From an uncultured Hoministercoradaptatus sp. (lineage in GTDB: Bacteria; Bacillota; Clostridia; Lachnospirales; Lachnospiraceae), in NCBI GenBank assembly GCA_964427045.1, contig CAYRTA010000001.1:16118-80117 (forward strand): a stretch of 64,000 bases of DNA, written 5' to 3'. A program made the position numbers and the translations under genes. The notes under the pieces were generated by a model, which searched no databases, was not told where the DNA came from, and saw only the letters and a program-made list of their open reading frames with translations. Below are positions 9,376 through 19,336 of the stretch, piece by piece. Position 1 is the first letter of the stretch, and each line of letters starts with the position of its first letter.

Positions 9376-10914
9376 ATGGCAAATCAGATTATTATTAATG
9401 CAAAGGCTGAAAAATCAAAAATCAACAGAATGATATATGGACATTTTGCCGAGCATTTGGGCAGATGTATCTATGACGGATTCTACGTGGGGGAGGATTC
9501 TAAGATTCCCAATATCCACGGTATGCGCACGGATATTATTGAAGCCCTGAAAAAAATTCAAATACCTTGTCTCCGCTGGCCGGGAGGCTGTTTTGCGGAT
9601 GAATATCACTGGAAGGATGGCATCGGTCCGAAGGAGTCCCGCCCATCCATGATCAATACCCACTGGGGCGGTGTGGTAGAGAATAATCATTTTGGTACCC
9701 ATGAATTTTTTGAATTATGCGAGCTTCTGGGAGCAGAGCCGTATATCTGCGGCAATGTGGGAAGCGGAACAGTTAGGGAAATGTCTGAGTGGGTAGAATA
9801 TATGACCTTTGACGGCCAGTCCCCCATGACAGATTTGAGAAAGAAAAACGGCAGGGAAAAACCCTGGAAGCTGAAATATTTTGGCATTGGCAATGAAAAC
9901 TGGGGCTGCGGAGGCCGTATGCGTGCGGAATATTATGCGGATGAGGTTTCCCGCTATAATCTGTATGCCAGAGACTATGGCGATAATAAGCTGTATCGCA
10001 TAGGGGCCGGTCCGAGAGGCGCTAATTATAAATGGACAGAAGTTATTATGAGAGATGCGTCCATGTTTTTGGACGGAATTGGACTGCATTACTATACCAG
10101 AATTGGGGATAAAGTGGTCATTGAACAGTTACCTGACGGTAACCAGCGCTATCTGACCGATCCGTCCAAAAGCCGGAGATCGGCCACGGATTTTGGAGAG
10201 AAGGAATGGTTCGGCATTATGCAGGCGGCCGCCTTTACCGATGAACTGGTAACGAAACACGGAGCCATCATGGACCGGTATGATCCCGAAAAGCGGGTGG
10301 CCCTGATTGTGGATGAGTGGGGCACCTGGTTTGACTGTGAACCGGGCACCAATCCGGGCTTTTTGTATCAGCAAAATACCCTGCGGGATGCCATATCCGC
10401 CGGTATCAGCCTGAATATATTCAATAATCATTCGGACCGGGTCCGCATGACCAATATTGCCCAGACCATCAATGTGCTCCAGGCCATGGTGCTGACCGAG
10501 GGGAGAAAGTTGGTTTTGACGCCTACTTATCATGTCTATGATATGTATAAGGTACATCAGGACGCCATGTTATTGGATTTTGCGATTCTTTCCGATACCT
10601 ATGCTTTTGAGGGAGAAAAACTTAAACAGATCAGCTGTTCCGTATCCAAAGATGCCCAGGGAACAGTGAGCATGACTCTGGTCAACATGGATCCGAATCA
10701 CGCCGCGGAAGTTACCTGCCATATTGCCGATTTCGGAACTATAAAATCGGCGGAGGGAACGGTGCTGACAGCCGATAAGATGAATGCTATGAATACCTTC
10801 GAGCAGCCGGATACGCTTCGGCCGGAAGCTTTTCGGGATTTTTCCGTGGAAGAAGGTACCCTTCACATTCGGATGCCCGCAAAATCGCTGGTACTGATCC
10901 GAATTTACCCTTGA
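9376..10914 (+). CDS. abf2: GH51 alpha-L-arabinofuranosidase (Abf2/Xsa-like)
   Basis: [54 protein letters not shown]. Confidence 0.9.
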   Translation: MANQIIINAKAEKSKINRMIYGHFAEHLGRCIYDGFYVGEDSKIPNIHGMRTDIIEALKKIQIPCLRWPGGCFADEYHWKDGIGPKESRPSMINTHWGGVVENNHFGTHEFFELCELLGAEPYICGNVGSGTVREMSEWVEYMTFDGQSPMTDLRKKNGREKPWKLKYFGIGNENWGCGGRMRAEYYADEVSRYNLYARDYGDNKLYRIGAGPRGANYKWTEVIMRDASMFLDGIGLHYYTRIGDKVVIEQLPDGNQRYLTDPSKSRRSATDFGEKEWFGIMQAAAFTDELVTKHGAIMDRYDPEKRVALIVDEWGTWFDCEPGTNPGFLYQQNTLRDAISAGISLNIFNNHSDRVRMTNIAQTINVLQAMVLTEGRKLVLTPTYHVYDMYKVHQDAMLLDFAILSDTYAFEGEKLKQISCSVSKDAQGTVSMTLVNMDPNHAAEVTCHIADFGTIKSAEGTVLTADKMNAMNTFEQPDTLRPEAFRDFSVEEGTLHIRMPAKSLVLIRIYP

Positions 10915-10927
10915 GACAGAACCGATA

Positions 10928-12766
10928 TTATTTCAGATAACGCCACAGGGTAGAACGGGCGATTCCCAGCCGTTTGGCGGCAGCGCTCTGATTGCCGTTT
11001 GTTTCGGCCAGCACGATGCGCACGATATCCTGGGTGATATCACTGAGCGGTTTGGACAGATCGAGCCTATGGGCGTTTTCCGTGGAGACAGCATTGGCGG
11101 GAACGTCCAAATCTTCCGGAATCGATGTGGACTGCCGCTCCTTTTTCAGGAGGACTGCAGCGTGTTCCGCACTGATATACGGGGTGGTGGCAGCAAGCAT
11201 CAGTTCGTGAATGATACGTTTAAATTGCGTATAATTGCATGGCCAGTCATAATTCTGCAGCAGCTTCAAAGCTTCCGGTTCCAGGCCAATCACCTGATTT
11301 TCCATGGAAATATTAAACATGTTCAGATAAAGGCTTGCAAGGGCCGGAATTTCATGGGGATACTCCCGAAGCGGCGGCAAATGAATGGTAATACAGGATA
11401 ACAGGTTGACAAATTCCATCGCCTGGGCAGAGAGACCGTGTCCCATGGGGCAGCTTAGGGAGAAGATCATCCGGTTTCGCTTATATAAGTTTGTGTCCAT
11501 GATAAGAGACAATAAATGGCGGCAATGTTCCCTGGAAAGGGCCTGGATTTCCTTTATATAAATGGTGTTGTTGTTATCGTTAAAAGGGGAATTGCTGTGA
11601 TTCATCAGAAAGTTCCAGCTTCGTTCATTTAACAGGGCACAGTTGATGGTGATCAGCGGGTTCCCTGACAGTGGACTTTGGGAATAGATTCTGCGCGCGA
11701 CCTGTCCCTTGCCTGCCCCGGCTTCTCCGGAAATCATAACCGGGCTGTTGGTCTGGGTCAGATTGGCCACCGTGGTTCGGATTGTGGTGGTGGCATTGGT
11801 CAGGTTAAAAAAACCATCAAAAAAGAGATCCTCCGTTTCCGGCAAACTGGAATATTGGATGCCATATTTGCCAGTGGTGGGAGAAATTGGGCTGGGGGAA
11901 CCGTAGAAGGCCACATACTGTTCCTCCAGGCAGGTAAGATAACGGCAGGTAAAAGAGTACAGCGTGTCATTTACCGTTCTTAATAATTTGTGGGTTTTCC
12001 GGTGAAGAAGAGTGGCCAATTCCGCCCGCAGCACGTCATAAAAGGAGGCCAGTTCCGCCTCGTCTATGGTGGAGAAAAATAATTCTCCATTTTCTTTTAA
12101 TACAAGGATCTGTTCATTTCCTTCCCGTAAAATATCCATATACAATTGCTGCTCTGACTGTATGGTACGGTAGCCGCGGCATACCTTAACCGCCTGATCA
12201 AAGGCTGCCGAGATACTTTCGGCTCCGGAAGTAATCAACAGCGCGTTCAGTCCCAGTTTTTGGGCAGTCATATGGGCAATCCGATCACAGAGAATCATTT
12301 CATAGCCCTGTTCCTTTAAGTCGGACAGGGTATCCCAGACCTCGTCATAGCTGTGAATGGTAAAGATATCCATCTGGTATTGCAGCAGATCACACAGCAG
12401 GCGTGCATGGGAGGTAATATTTGAGAAGCCGACCAGGGCATATTTTCGGGAATAGTTTTCTGACAGCTTCATCACCCGCAAAATATCATAACCGGACAAA
12501 CCGATGTCAAATACGGGAAGCCGGGTGATTTTTCGAATGAACTGAGCGGTTCCCCCGCGGGATACGATCGCATCATAATCTGATTCACAGATGCTTTTGA
12601 CAATAGCGGCGCCCTGGTCCAGATTGCCGACACGGACATCCAATGAAATATCGTCGCGCCGCGAAGCAAGTCTCTGCATGAGTGTCTCCATTCCTTCGTA
12701 AGGAGCAATGCCGAGAATGCGGATTTTGGATTGGGACGGATGAGTATCAGTGGTTGTTTGCTGCAT
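10928..12766 (-). CDS. PrpR_N / degenerate sigma54-interaction domain / Fis-HTH regulator
   Basis: IVSRGGTA PrpR_N motif, GEAGAGKG Walker A, YDWPCNYTQ, AAKRLGIARSTLWRYL HTH; no GAFTGA; start 12766 follows AAAGGA RBS. Confidence 0.85.
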   Translation of the reverse strand: MQQTTTDTHPSQSKIRILGIAPYEGMETLMQRLASRRDDISLDVRVGNLDQGAAIVKSICESDYDAIVSRGGTAQFIRKITRLPVFDIGLSGYDILRVMKLSENYSRKYALVGFSNITSHARLLCDLLQYQMDIFTIHSYDEVWDTLSDLKEQGYEMILCDRIAHMTAQKLGLNALLITSGAESISAAFDQAVKVCRGYRTIQSEQQLYMDILREGNEQILVLKENGELFFSTIDEAELASFYDVLRAELATLLHRKTHKLLRTVNDTLYSFTCRYLTCLEEQYVAFYGSPSPISPTTGKYGIQYSSLPETEDLFFDGFFNLTNATTTIRTTVANLTQTNSPVMISGEAGAGKGQVARRIYSQSPLSGNPLITINCALLNERSWNFLMNHSNSPFNDNNNTIYIKEIQALSREHCRHLLSLIMDTNLYKRNRMIFSLSCPMGHGLSAQAMEFVNLLSCITIHLPPLREYPHEIPALASLYLNMFNISMENQVIGLEPEALKLLQNYDWPCNYTQFKRIIHELMLAATTPYISAEHAAVLLKKERQSTSIPEDLDVPANAVSTENAHRLDLSKPLSDITQDIVRIVLAETNGNQSAAAKRLGIARSTLWRYLK

Positions 12767-12930
12767 GATGAATTTCCTTTCAAAATAAATCAATGAAATC
12801 AATCGGCGACGAGGTCTAAAATGTTTTAAAATGAATATATTAGCCGAATCTTTGCTACTTATCATAGCATAAAATAATCGAAATTCAAGAAAAATGTTTC
12901 AAAATAAATCTATTGTAAAAGAAAACAGCA

Positions 12931-12959
12931 TTGAAAATTGGATTGTATGATCGTATGAT
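12931..12959 (+). promoter_or_regulatory. sigmaA-type promoter of the pdxA operon
   Basis: TTGAAA-17 bp-TATGAT. Confidence 0.6.
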
Positions 12960-13022
12960 ACAGATAAAGAAGCAAAACTGTTTGATATTAAGACAAATGA
13001 ATGATTTTCGGGAGGAAAAAAG

Positions 13023-14135
13023 ATGTCAGATAAACCAATTCTTGGTATTACTATGGGCGATCCGTCGGGAAACGGACCGGAACTTTCCGTGAAAGCACTT
13101 ATGGATCCGGCCGTTTATGAAAGGTGCAGACCGTTAATTGTGGGCGATGCGGCGGCCCTGGAAGCGGCCCTGGCTGTGGTAGATGGAGCCGGCTGTATGA
13201 AGCTGAACGCGGTGAGGGATGTGAAGGACGCGAAATTTGAACATGGAACCATCGACGTATACGATATGGGTCTGATTGATATCAGCAAACGTCTTTTCAG
13301 AAAGGACAGAGAGAAGCTTTCTGAGACTATGCCTTCTGAGAAGCTGGCGGCAGCTTATGAAGAAAGTGAAAAGATGTGCGGGGAATGTGCTTTCCAGTAT
13401 GTAAAAAAGGTGATTGAGATGGCGCTGGCGAAAGAAGTTGACGCCACAGTAACCAATGCCTTGAATAAGGATCATATGAATATGGCGGGACATCATTTCT
13501 CCGGTCATACGGAAATCTATGCCCACTATACGAATACGGCAAAGTATACGATGATGCTGGCCCATGAAAATCTGAGAGTGGTACATGTATCTACCCACGT
13601 ATCTTTGCGGGAGGCCTGTGACCGTGTGAAAAAAGACCGCGTACTGGATTGTATTCGCATAGCGAACCAGGGATGTAAGGATTTGGGCATCCAGGAACCG
13701 AAGATTGGCGTGGCCGGCTTAAATCCCCACTGTGGAGAGCATGGTATGTTTGGACGGGAAGAAATTGAAGAAATCCAGCCAGCCATTGATGCGGCGATGG
13801 CGGAGGGCATCATCATTCCGGAGAAAGCGCCTACGCCTCCTGATACCATATTTTCCAAGGCCCTTGGCGGCTGGTATGATATTGTGGTGGTAATGTACCA
13901 TGATCAGGGACATATCCCGTTGAAGGTCAAAGGATTTGTATATAATCAGGAGCTGCAGAAATGGGATGCCGTATCTGGCGTCAATGTAACGCTGGGACTT
14001 CCCATTATTCGTACATCGGTGGACCACGGTACAGGTGAAGATTTTGCGGGAGATGGAAGCGCAAGTCCCTTAAGCTTGCTTAACGCAATGGACTATGCAA
14101 TCCGCAGAGCAAATGCGAAAGCAGGACGTGAGTAG
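13023..14135 (+). CDS. pdxA: PdxA-family dehydrogenase (PdxA2, probably D-threonate/erythronate-4-phosphate dehydrogenase)
   Basis: ITMGDPSGNGPE, GHTE, HVSTHVSL, GLNPHCGE, MYHDQGHIP, IIRTSVDHGT; adjacent DUF1537 kinase. Confidence 0.9.
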   Translation: MSDKPILGITMGDPSGNGPELSVKALMDPAVYERCRPLIVGDAAALEAALAVVDGAGCMKLNAVRDVKDAKFEHGTIDVYDMGLIDISKRLFRKDREKLSETMPSEKLAAAYEESEKMCGECAFQYVKKVIEMALAKEVDATVTNALNKDHMNMAGHHFSGHTEIYAHYTNTAKYTMMLAHENLRVVHVSTHVSLREACDRVKKDRVLDCIRIANQGCKDLGIQEPKIGVAGLNPHCGEHGMFGREEIEEIQPAIDAAMAEGIIIPEKAPTPPDTIFSKALGGWYDIVVVMYHDQGHIPLKVKGFVYNQELQKWDAVSGVNVTLGLPIIRTSVDHGTGEDFAGDGSASPLSLLNAMDYAIRRANAKAGRE

Positions 14136-14155
14136 GGCAAAAAGGAAAACGATAC

Positions 14156-15415
14156 ATGATAAAGTTATTGATTATTGCGGATGATTTTACAGGAGCCCTG
14201 GATACGGGTATTCAGTTTGTAAAAAAAGGAATAGAAACGCAGGTAGTCATTGGTACCCAATTGCAGTCGTCCCAGTTATCCGAAACGGCACAGGTTCTGG
14301 TGGTGGATTCGGAGACGCGGCCGCTGAATAGCCAAAAAGCTTATGACGTGGTGGCGCAGATCGTCCGTCAGGCCGTAACTCTTGGTGTGGAAGTGATCTA
14401 TAAAAAGACGGATTCCGCGCTGAGGGGTAATGTGGGCAGCGAACTGGCGGCTGTGCTGGATGCGGCGTCCGGCCACAGAATCCACTGCCTGCTGGCATTT
14501 CCCGATGTGAACCGGGTGACGAAAAAGGGAATCCATTATATTGACGGCGTCAAACTGGAGGACAGCGGATTTGGCAAAGATCCTTTCGACCCCATGACCT
14601 GTTCTTATATACCGGATATCCTTGGAAAACAGACGGATAAACGGATTGCCGTTGTGGAAAAAGAGCAGCCCCTTCCCGGACAAACGGAGATGGCGGAAAT
14701 TCTCGTCTATGATGCAGAGGAAAACGCAGATATGAAAAAGAGGGCCGGGCAGCTAAAGGAAAACGGAGAACTGCGGTTACTTGCGGGCTGTGCCGGGTTT
14801 GCGGCATTTCTTCCCGAGGCGCTGGGTTTAACCGGGAATTACAGGAAAGATATCGCCGCCACGGAGTCTTTTTTGGTGGTCTGCGGCAGTTTGAATCCTA
14901 TTACCAGACAGCAGCTGATCTATGCCGGACAGCAGGGATTTTACAGAAAGACCCTGGGACCCGAAGAGAAATTATTCCCCGGCTTTTATGAAACAAAGGA
15001 AGGGCGGATGGCGCTGGATGCCCTGGCCGCCCAAATAGAGAAAGAGAGACGTGTGGAGATAGACAGCTTTGATCCGGAAGGCGGGGAAAGTACGGCGGAA
15101 TTTGCTGACCGGAAGGGAATCGACCGGGCCGCCATCCGTTTTTCCATCAGCCAGTGCTGCGGAAAGATGGTAAAGTATCTGGTTGAGAAAAATTTGGATA
15201 TGACCATCCTCATGACTGGAGGCGATACGCTGATGGGATTTATGAAGGAAATCGGCGTCAATCAGATTACGCCTGTGGCAGAAGTCGGTCAGGGAACCGT
15301 ATTATCCAGATTGTACTGGAAGGGATGGGTATTACAGGTGGTTTCCAAATCCGGAGGCTACGGAGAGCCGGATGTGTTTGTGAAAACGGCGAAACAGATA
15401 TTGAAAAACAAGTAA
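14156..15415 (+). CDS. Four-carbon acid-sugar kinase (DUF1537 / DtnK-like)
   Basis: IIADDFTGALDTG, YKKTDSALRGNVGSE, TGGDT, SKSGGYG. Confidence 0.9.
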   Translation: MIKLLIIADDFTGALDTGIQFVKKGIETQVVIGTQLQSSQLSETAQVLVVDSETRPLNSQKAYDVVAQIVRQAVTLGVEVIYKKTDSALRGNVGSELAAVLDAASGHRIHCLLAFPDVNRVTKKGIHYIDGVKLEDSGFGKDPFDPMTCSYIPDILGKQTDKRIAVVEKEQPLPGQTEMAEILVYDAEENADMKKRAGQLKENGELRLLAGCAGFAAFLPEALGLTGNYRKDIAATESFLVVCGSLNPITRQQLIYAGQQGFYRKTLGPEEKLFPGFYETKEGRMALDALAAQIEKERRVEIDSFDPEGGESTAEFADRKGIDRAAIRFSISQCCGKMVKYLVEKNLDMTILMTGGDTLMGFMKEIGVNQITPVAEVGQGTVLSRLYWKGWVLQVVSKSGGYGEPDVFVKTAKQILKNK

Positions 15416-15420
15416 AAATC

Positions 15421-15460
15421 AAAGCAGCATGTGCCTGATACGGAACATGCTGCTTTTCTT
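15421..15460. terminator. Bidirectional terminator
   Basis: AAAGCAGCATGT...ACATGCTGCTTT inverted repeat between convergent genes. Confidence 0.75.
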
Positions 15461-15950
15461 ATTTTTTCTTAGATTTTTTATTATTTGTCTCACTTTGTGC
15501 CTGGCTCATGCTCAGCGCTTTTTGCTGCATACGTTTGAAGAAACCAGGTTTCTTAGCCGGTACGGGCAGCGGGCCGCGGACGCCGCGCACATCTGTGATA
15601 TAAATACCGCTTACGGTTGCTTTTACTTCTTTCTTAATCGGAATCTGATCAAAGATTTTCTCATCTGCCACCAGCGTCATAATCTTTGGTCCTATTTTTG
15701 CTTTGACGATGGGCATCTTGGACCGGCGCATAAGCTTAGGCGTCTGGTCGATGACCATCTGAGGAAGTCCAGAATTTTTAATGGGCAGCCGCTTCTTATC
15801 AATAACCAGCATTGAAATTGTCTGTTTCGCTGCGTCAATCTGCGCCTGTCTCTCATCCTGTTGCTTTTGGGCTTTGCGGCCAAGGAAGTAGAGGAGAACC
15901 AGAAGCGCAATAAGAATAATTGCGATAATTAATAAAATCTTCCACCACAT
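15459..15950 (-). CDS. Hypothetical membrane-anchored basic protein
   Basis: N-terminal TM helix, Lys-rich body, RBS GGAGG. Confidence 0.8.
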   Translation of the reverse strand: MWWKILLIIAIILIALLVLLYFLGRKAQKQQDERQAQIDAAKQTISMLVIDKKRLPIKNSGLPQMVIDQTPKLMRRSKMPIVKAKIGPKIMTLVADEKIFDQIPIKKEVKATVSGIYITDVRGVRGPLPVPAKKPGFFKRMQQKALSMSQAQSETNNKKSKKK

Positions 15951-16171
15951 ATTAGAATATTCCTCCCGTTTGTCCTTTTCGTATAGAAAAATGTTTCACA
16001 AAGTTCATTTTAACACTGATAGAGGTAAAAGGCAATTAAAAAAATACGGAATTAGACTACAAAATTCTATAGAAAAATGGTAGAATGGGTATACGAGTGT
16101 GATTATGCCCATAAAGCATGTGAATACATAGATGGAACCGTATGAAAATTCGCAGATAGAAGGTAAACAGT

Positions 16172-17725
16172 ATGAGTGATGAACGAAGGAATAATCAAAA
16201 TCGAGGAAACGGAACAGGAAATGGACAGACAGGCAGACGAAGAACGGAAAGTACCCGGCAGGGTACAAAGCAGGAGCGTATGTCAGAGGAAGAACGGCGC
16301 AAACGGATTGAGCGATTGAAACGGGAACGCCGGAAACAGAGAAGAAGAAGGGCCTTGATGATGAGAGCGGCGCTGTTGGCGGTTGCGCTTTTGGTATTGA
16401 TCGGACTGATCGTTTTTACTTCTTCCCGTATCCGCCGTTCCAAACAGAAGAAGGCGGAAGCGAAAGCGGAGCAGGAGCGGCTGATTCAGGAAGAGGAAGA
16501 GCAAAACCGCCTCCGCAAGGAAACCATTGAGCAGGCGGAAATCATTGCGCAGGGATATGATTACGACGGCGCCATTGAGTTATTGGAATCTCTGGATAAT
16601 TATGACCAGGATGCGGATATCCTGACAACCATTGCCGGCTATGAGGCGGCGAAGTCCTCGCTGGTGGCTGTGAATATGAATGAAATTACCCATATCTTTT
16701 ACCATTCACTGGTTGTGGACCCGGAACTGGCATTTGCAGGTAATGACAGCGTGGCAGCCGGCTTCAAACAGTGGATGACTACGGTAGATGAATTTAATGC
16801 CATTACGGAGGCCATGTATGAACGGGGTTACGTTCTGGTCGCGCTGCATGATTTGGTGAATGAGACGACGGATGAGGATGGTACGGTTCATTTTACGACG
16901 AATCAGATCATGCTTCCGGAAGGGAAAATCCCCTATGTGCTTTCGCTGGATGACCTGAGCTATTATCACAGCTATGACGGCCGGGGAATTGCTTCCAAGA
17001 TGGTGTTGGATGAGAACGGAAAGCCAACCTGTGAATATATCCAGACGGATGGAACGACGGTTACCGGCGCCTATGACTGCGTACCGCTTCTTGACCAGTT
17101 TTTGGAAGAGCATCCGGATGCGGCATACCACGGAGCAAAAGGAACCATAGCGCTGACCGGATACAATGGCATTCTCGGTTATCGTACGGATATTTCTTAT
17201 AAGACGGGTGAAAATCTGTCCGCCGACCAGCAGGAATGGCTGAATAATCATCCCGATTTCGATTGGGATCAGGAATGCGCCGAAGCCAAAAAGGTGGCGG
17301 AAGCTCTGAAAGAGGACGGCTGGACCTTTGCCAGCCATACCTGGGGTCATATCCGCGTCGGGGATGCCAGTCTGGAGAGTCTTAAGGCCGATACGGAGAA
17401 ATGGCTGAATTATGTGGCGCCTCTGATCGGAGGTACCGATACGATTATTTTTGCCCATGGTCAGGATTTGGCCAGCTGGCATGATTATTCGGAGGATAAT
17501 GAGAAGTTTACCTATCTCAAGAGTCAGGGCTTTAACTACTACTGTAATGTGGATTCCTCCCAGTATTTCTTACAGATTCGGGATAATTATGTAAGACAGG
17601 GCCGCAGAAATCTGGATGGTTACCGCCTGTGGAATGACGTACACGGAAGCAAGAATTATACCAGCGACTTATTTGATGCTTCGCAGATTCTGGATCCGGC
17701 CCGTACGGATATGCCGTCCTTATAA
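16172..17725 (+). CDS. Membrane-anchored polysaccharide deacetylase (CE4/NodB-like)
   Basis: Arg-rich cytoplasmic tail, TM, HIFYHSL, LSLDD (motif 1), FASHTWGH (motif 2). Confidence 0.8.
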   Translation: MSDERRNNQNRGNGTGNGQTGRRRTESTRQGTKQERMSEEERRKRIERLKRERRKQRRRRALMMRAALLAVALLVLIGLIVFTSSRIRRSKQKKAEAKAEQERLIQEEEEQNRLRKETIEQAEIIAQGYDYDGAIELLESLDNYDQDADILTTIAGYEAAKSSLVAVNMNEITHIFYHSLVVDPELAFAGNDSVAAGFKQWMTTVDEFNAITEAMYERGYVLVALHDLVNETTDEDGTVHFTTNQIMLPEGKIPYVLSLDDLSYYHSYDGRGIASKMVLDENGKPTCEYIQTDGTTVTGAYDCVPLLDQFLEEHPDAAYHGAKGTIALTGYNGILGYRTDISYKTGENLSADQQEWLNNHPDFDWDQECAEAKKVAEALKEDGWTFASHTWGHIRVGDASLESLKADTEKWLNYVAPLIGGTDTIIFAHGQDLASWHDYSEDNEKFTYLKSQGFNYYCNVDSSQYFLQIRDNYVRQGRRNLDGYRLWNDVHGSKNYTSDLFDASQILDPARTDMPSL

Positions 17726-17758
17726 TAGGATCATGGATAGAGGATAGGAGATTAGGAT

Positions 17759-19234
17759 ATGGCGGAGAACAAAGATTCCAGGAAAAAGCCGTCTCAGAGA
17801 CCGGCGGAGACAAAGCGGCCTTTGAACACGGCTTCCAAACCTGGGCAGCGGAAGACGGAATCTGTAAAACGGACATCCGCAGATAAAAAGAATACGGAGA
17901 AGACGGCCCCAAAAGGCAGGACGGAAGAGGCAAGAAGAAAAACGCCTCCCAAACGTCCGGCAAAGGGCCCTACATTTATAAGACGGATACGCCGGTTTTG
18001 GAAGGCGGTCTCACAGGACCGTCAAATGCAGCTATACCTGGGCGGGGCAGTGGCTGTTTTGATTCTTCTGATTTTGCTGATTGTCGGAATTTCAAAAGCA
18101 GTATCCGGACACCGGGAAAAGGTAAAAGAGGAAGAAGAAGCGAAAAAGGAGGAAGAAAGTGGTGTTGTAATGGAAGAAGTGGATATTTCCACAGTCACCC
18201 ACTTGTCCTTTAGTTCGCTGATCGCCAGTACGGAACTGGCCTTTGCACAGGAAGAACTGCAGGAAAGTGGAATGGCGGCCACCATAGATCAGGGACACCT
18301 GACTGTAAATGAATTTATGGCAGTGCTGCAGCAGCTTTATGACCAGGACTATATTCTGGTACGGCTTCATGATCTGGCCGTTGTTGACGAAAATTCGGAT
18401 TCCGAAGCATTTTCCGATGACAAATTGATGCTTCCGGCCGGGAAAAAGCCCCTGATTATATCACAGCAGGATTTGAGCTATGACCTGGATTATTACGGAG
18501 TGGGGCTGGCGGATAAATTAGTTTTGGATGAGAACGGCTCCATCACCAGTCAACGGACCCGTCTGGATGGTTCCGTGGAAACCGGGGATTTGGATCTTGT
18601 GACCTGTCTGAACGCTTTTATAGAAGAACATCCCGATTTTCCCTATAATGGAGCAAGGGGCGTTTTGGGATTTACGGGGTATAATGGTATTCTGGGTTAC
18701 CGGACCACCGATTATCTGGCGGCGGAAGAAGATAATAAATATGTGGGCCGCTTTGGTCTCTTTGACGTGGAATCAGAAAAAGCGGAAGCGGCGGCCGTTT
18801 TGGAGGTACTTCGCCAGCAGGGCTGGGAATTTGCCTGCAATGGATATGATAAAGTCAGCTACACAGATATCAATACGGTGACACAGGATGTGGAAGCCTG
18901 GAAAAACAGTACGGGTTCCCTTCTGGGAGATGTGGATATTTTATTATTTCCGTCTGGTTATGACATAGGCGGCAAAAACACGTACGATCAGGATAACGAG
19001 ATTTATGCCTATCTGGAAGAGCAGGGATTTCGTTATTTCTGTGCTATGGATATCAGCGGTTCTTTTACGCAGAAAACCGCTTCCTATCTGCGCTGCAACT
19101 ACCAAAATCTGGACGGATACCGGATGTATCAGGATTTAACCCAGGATACGGCCCGTTTTTCAGGGATTTTGGATTTTACGGATATCTATGACCAAACCCG
19201 TCCATCTTGGCAAAATGACTTTTCTTTTTCATAA
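17759..19234 (+). CDS. Paralogous polysaccharide deacetylase-like protein with degenerate active site
   Basis: Shares GFTGYNGILGYRT and NLDGYR blocks with the upstream gene, but has ISQQD and FACNGYD in place of the metal motifs. Confidence 0.75.
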   Translation: MAENKDSRKKPSQRPAETKRPLNTASKPGQRKTESVKRTSADKKNTEKTAPKGRTEEARRKTPPKRPAKGPTFIRRIRRFWKAVSQDRQMQLYLGGAVAVLILLILLIVGISKAVSGHREKVKEEEEAKKEEESGVVMEEVDISTVTHLSFSSLIASTELAFAQEELQESGMAATIDQGHLTVNEFMAVLQQLYDQDYILVRLHDLAVVDENSDSEAFSDDKLMLPAGKKPLIISQQDLSYDLDYYGVGLADKLVLDENGSITSQRTRLDGSVETGDLDLVTCLNAFIEEHPDFPYNGARGVLGFTGYNGILGYRTTDYLAAEEDNKYVGRFGLFDVESEKAEAAAVLEVLRQQGWEFACNGYDKVSYTDINTVTQDVEAWKNSTGSLLGDVDILLFPSGYDIGGKNTYDQDNEIYAYLEEQGFRYFCAMDISGSFTQKTASYLRCNYQNLDGYRMYQDLTQDTARFSGILDFTDIYDQTRPSWQNDFSFS

Positions 19235-19336
19235 AAGTATGGTATAAGATTAGGAGTGGATCCTTGATCTGCAAAAGTAATAGAAACTATAGAAGAAAGA
19301 AAAATAGGGTGTATAAATGAACCCCGGAGGTTATGT

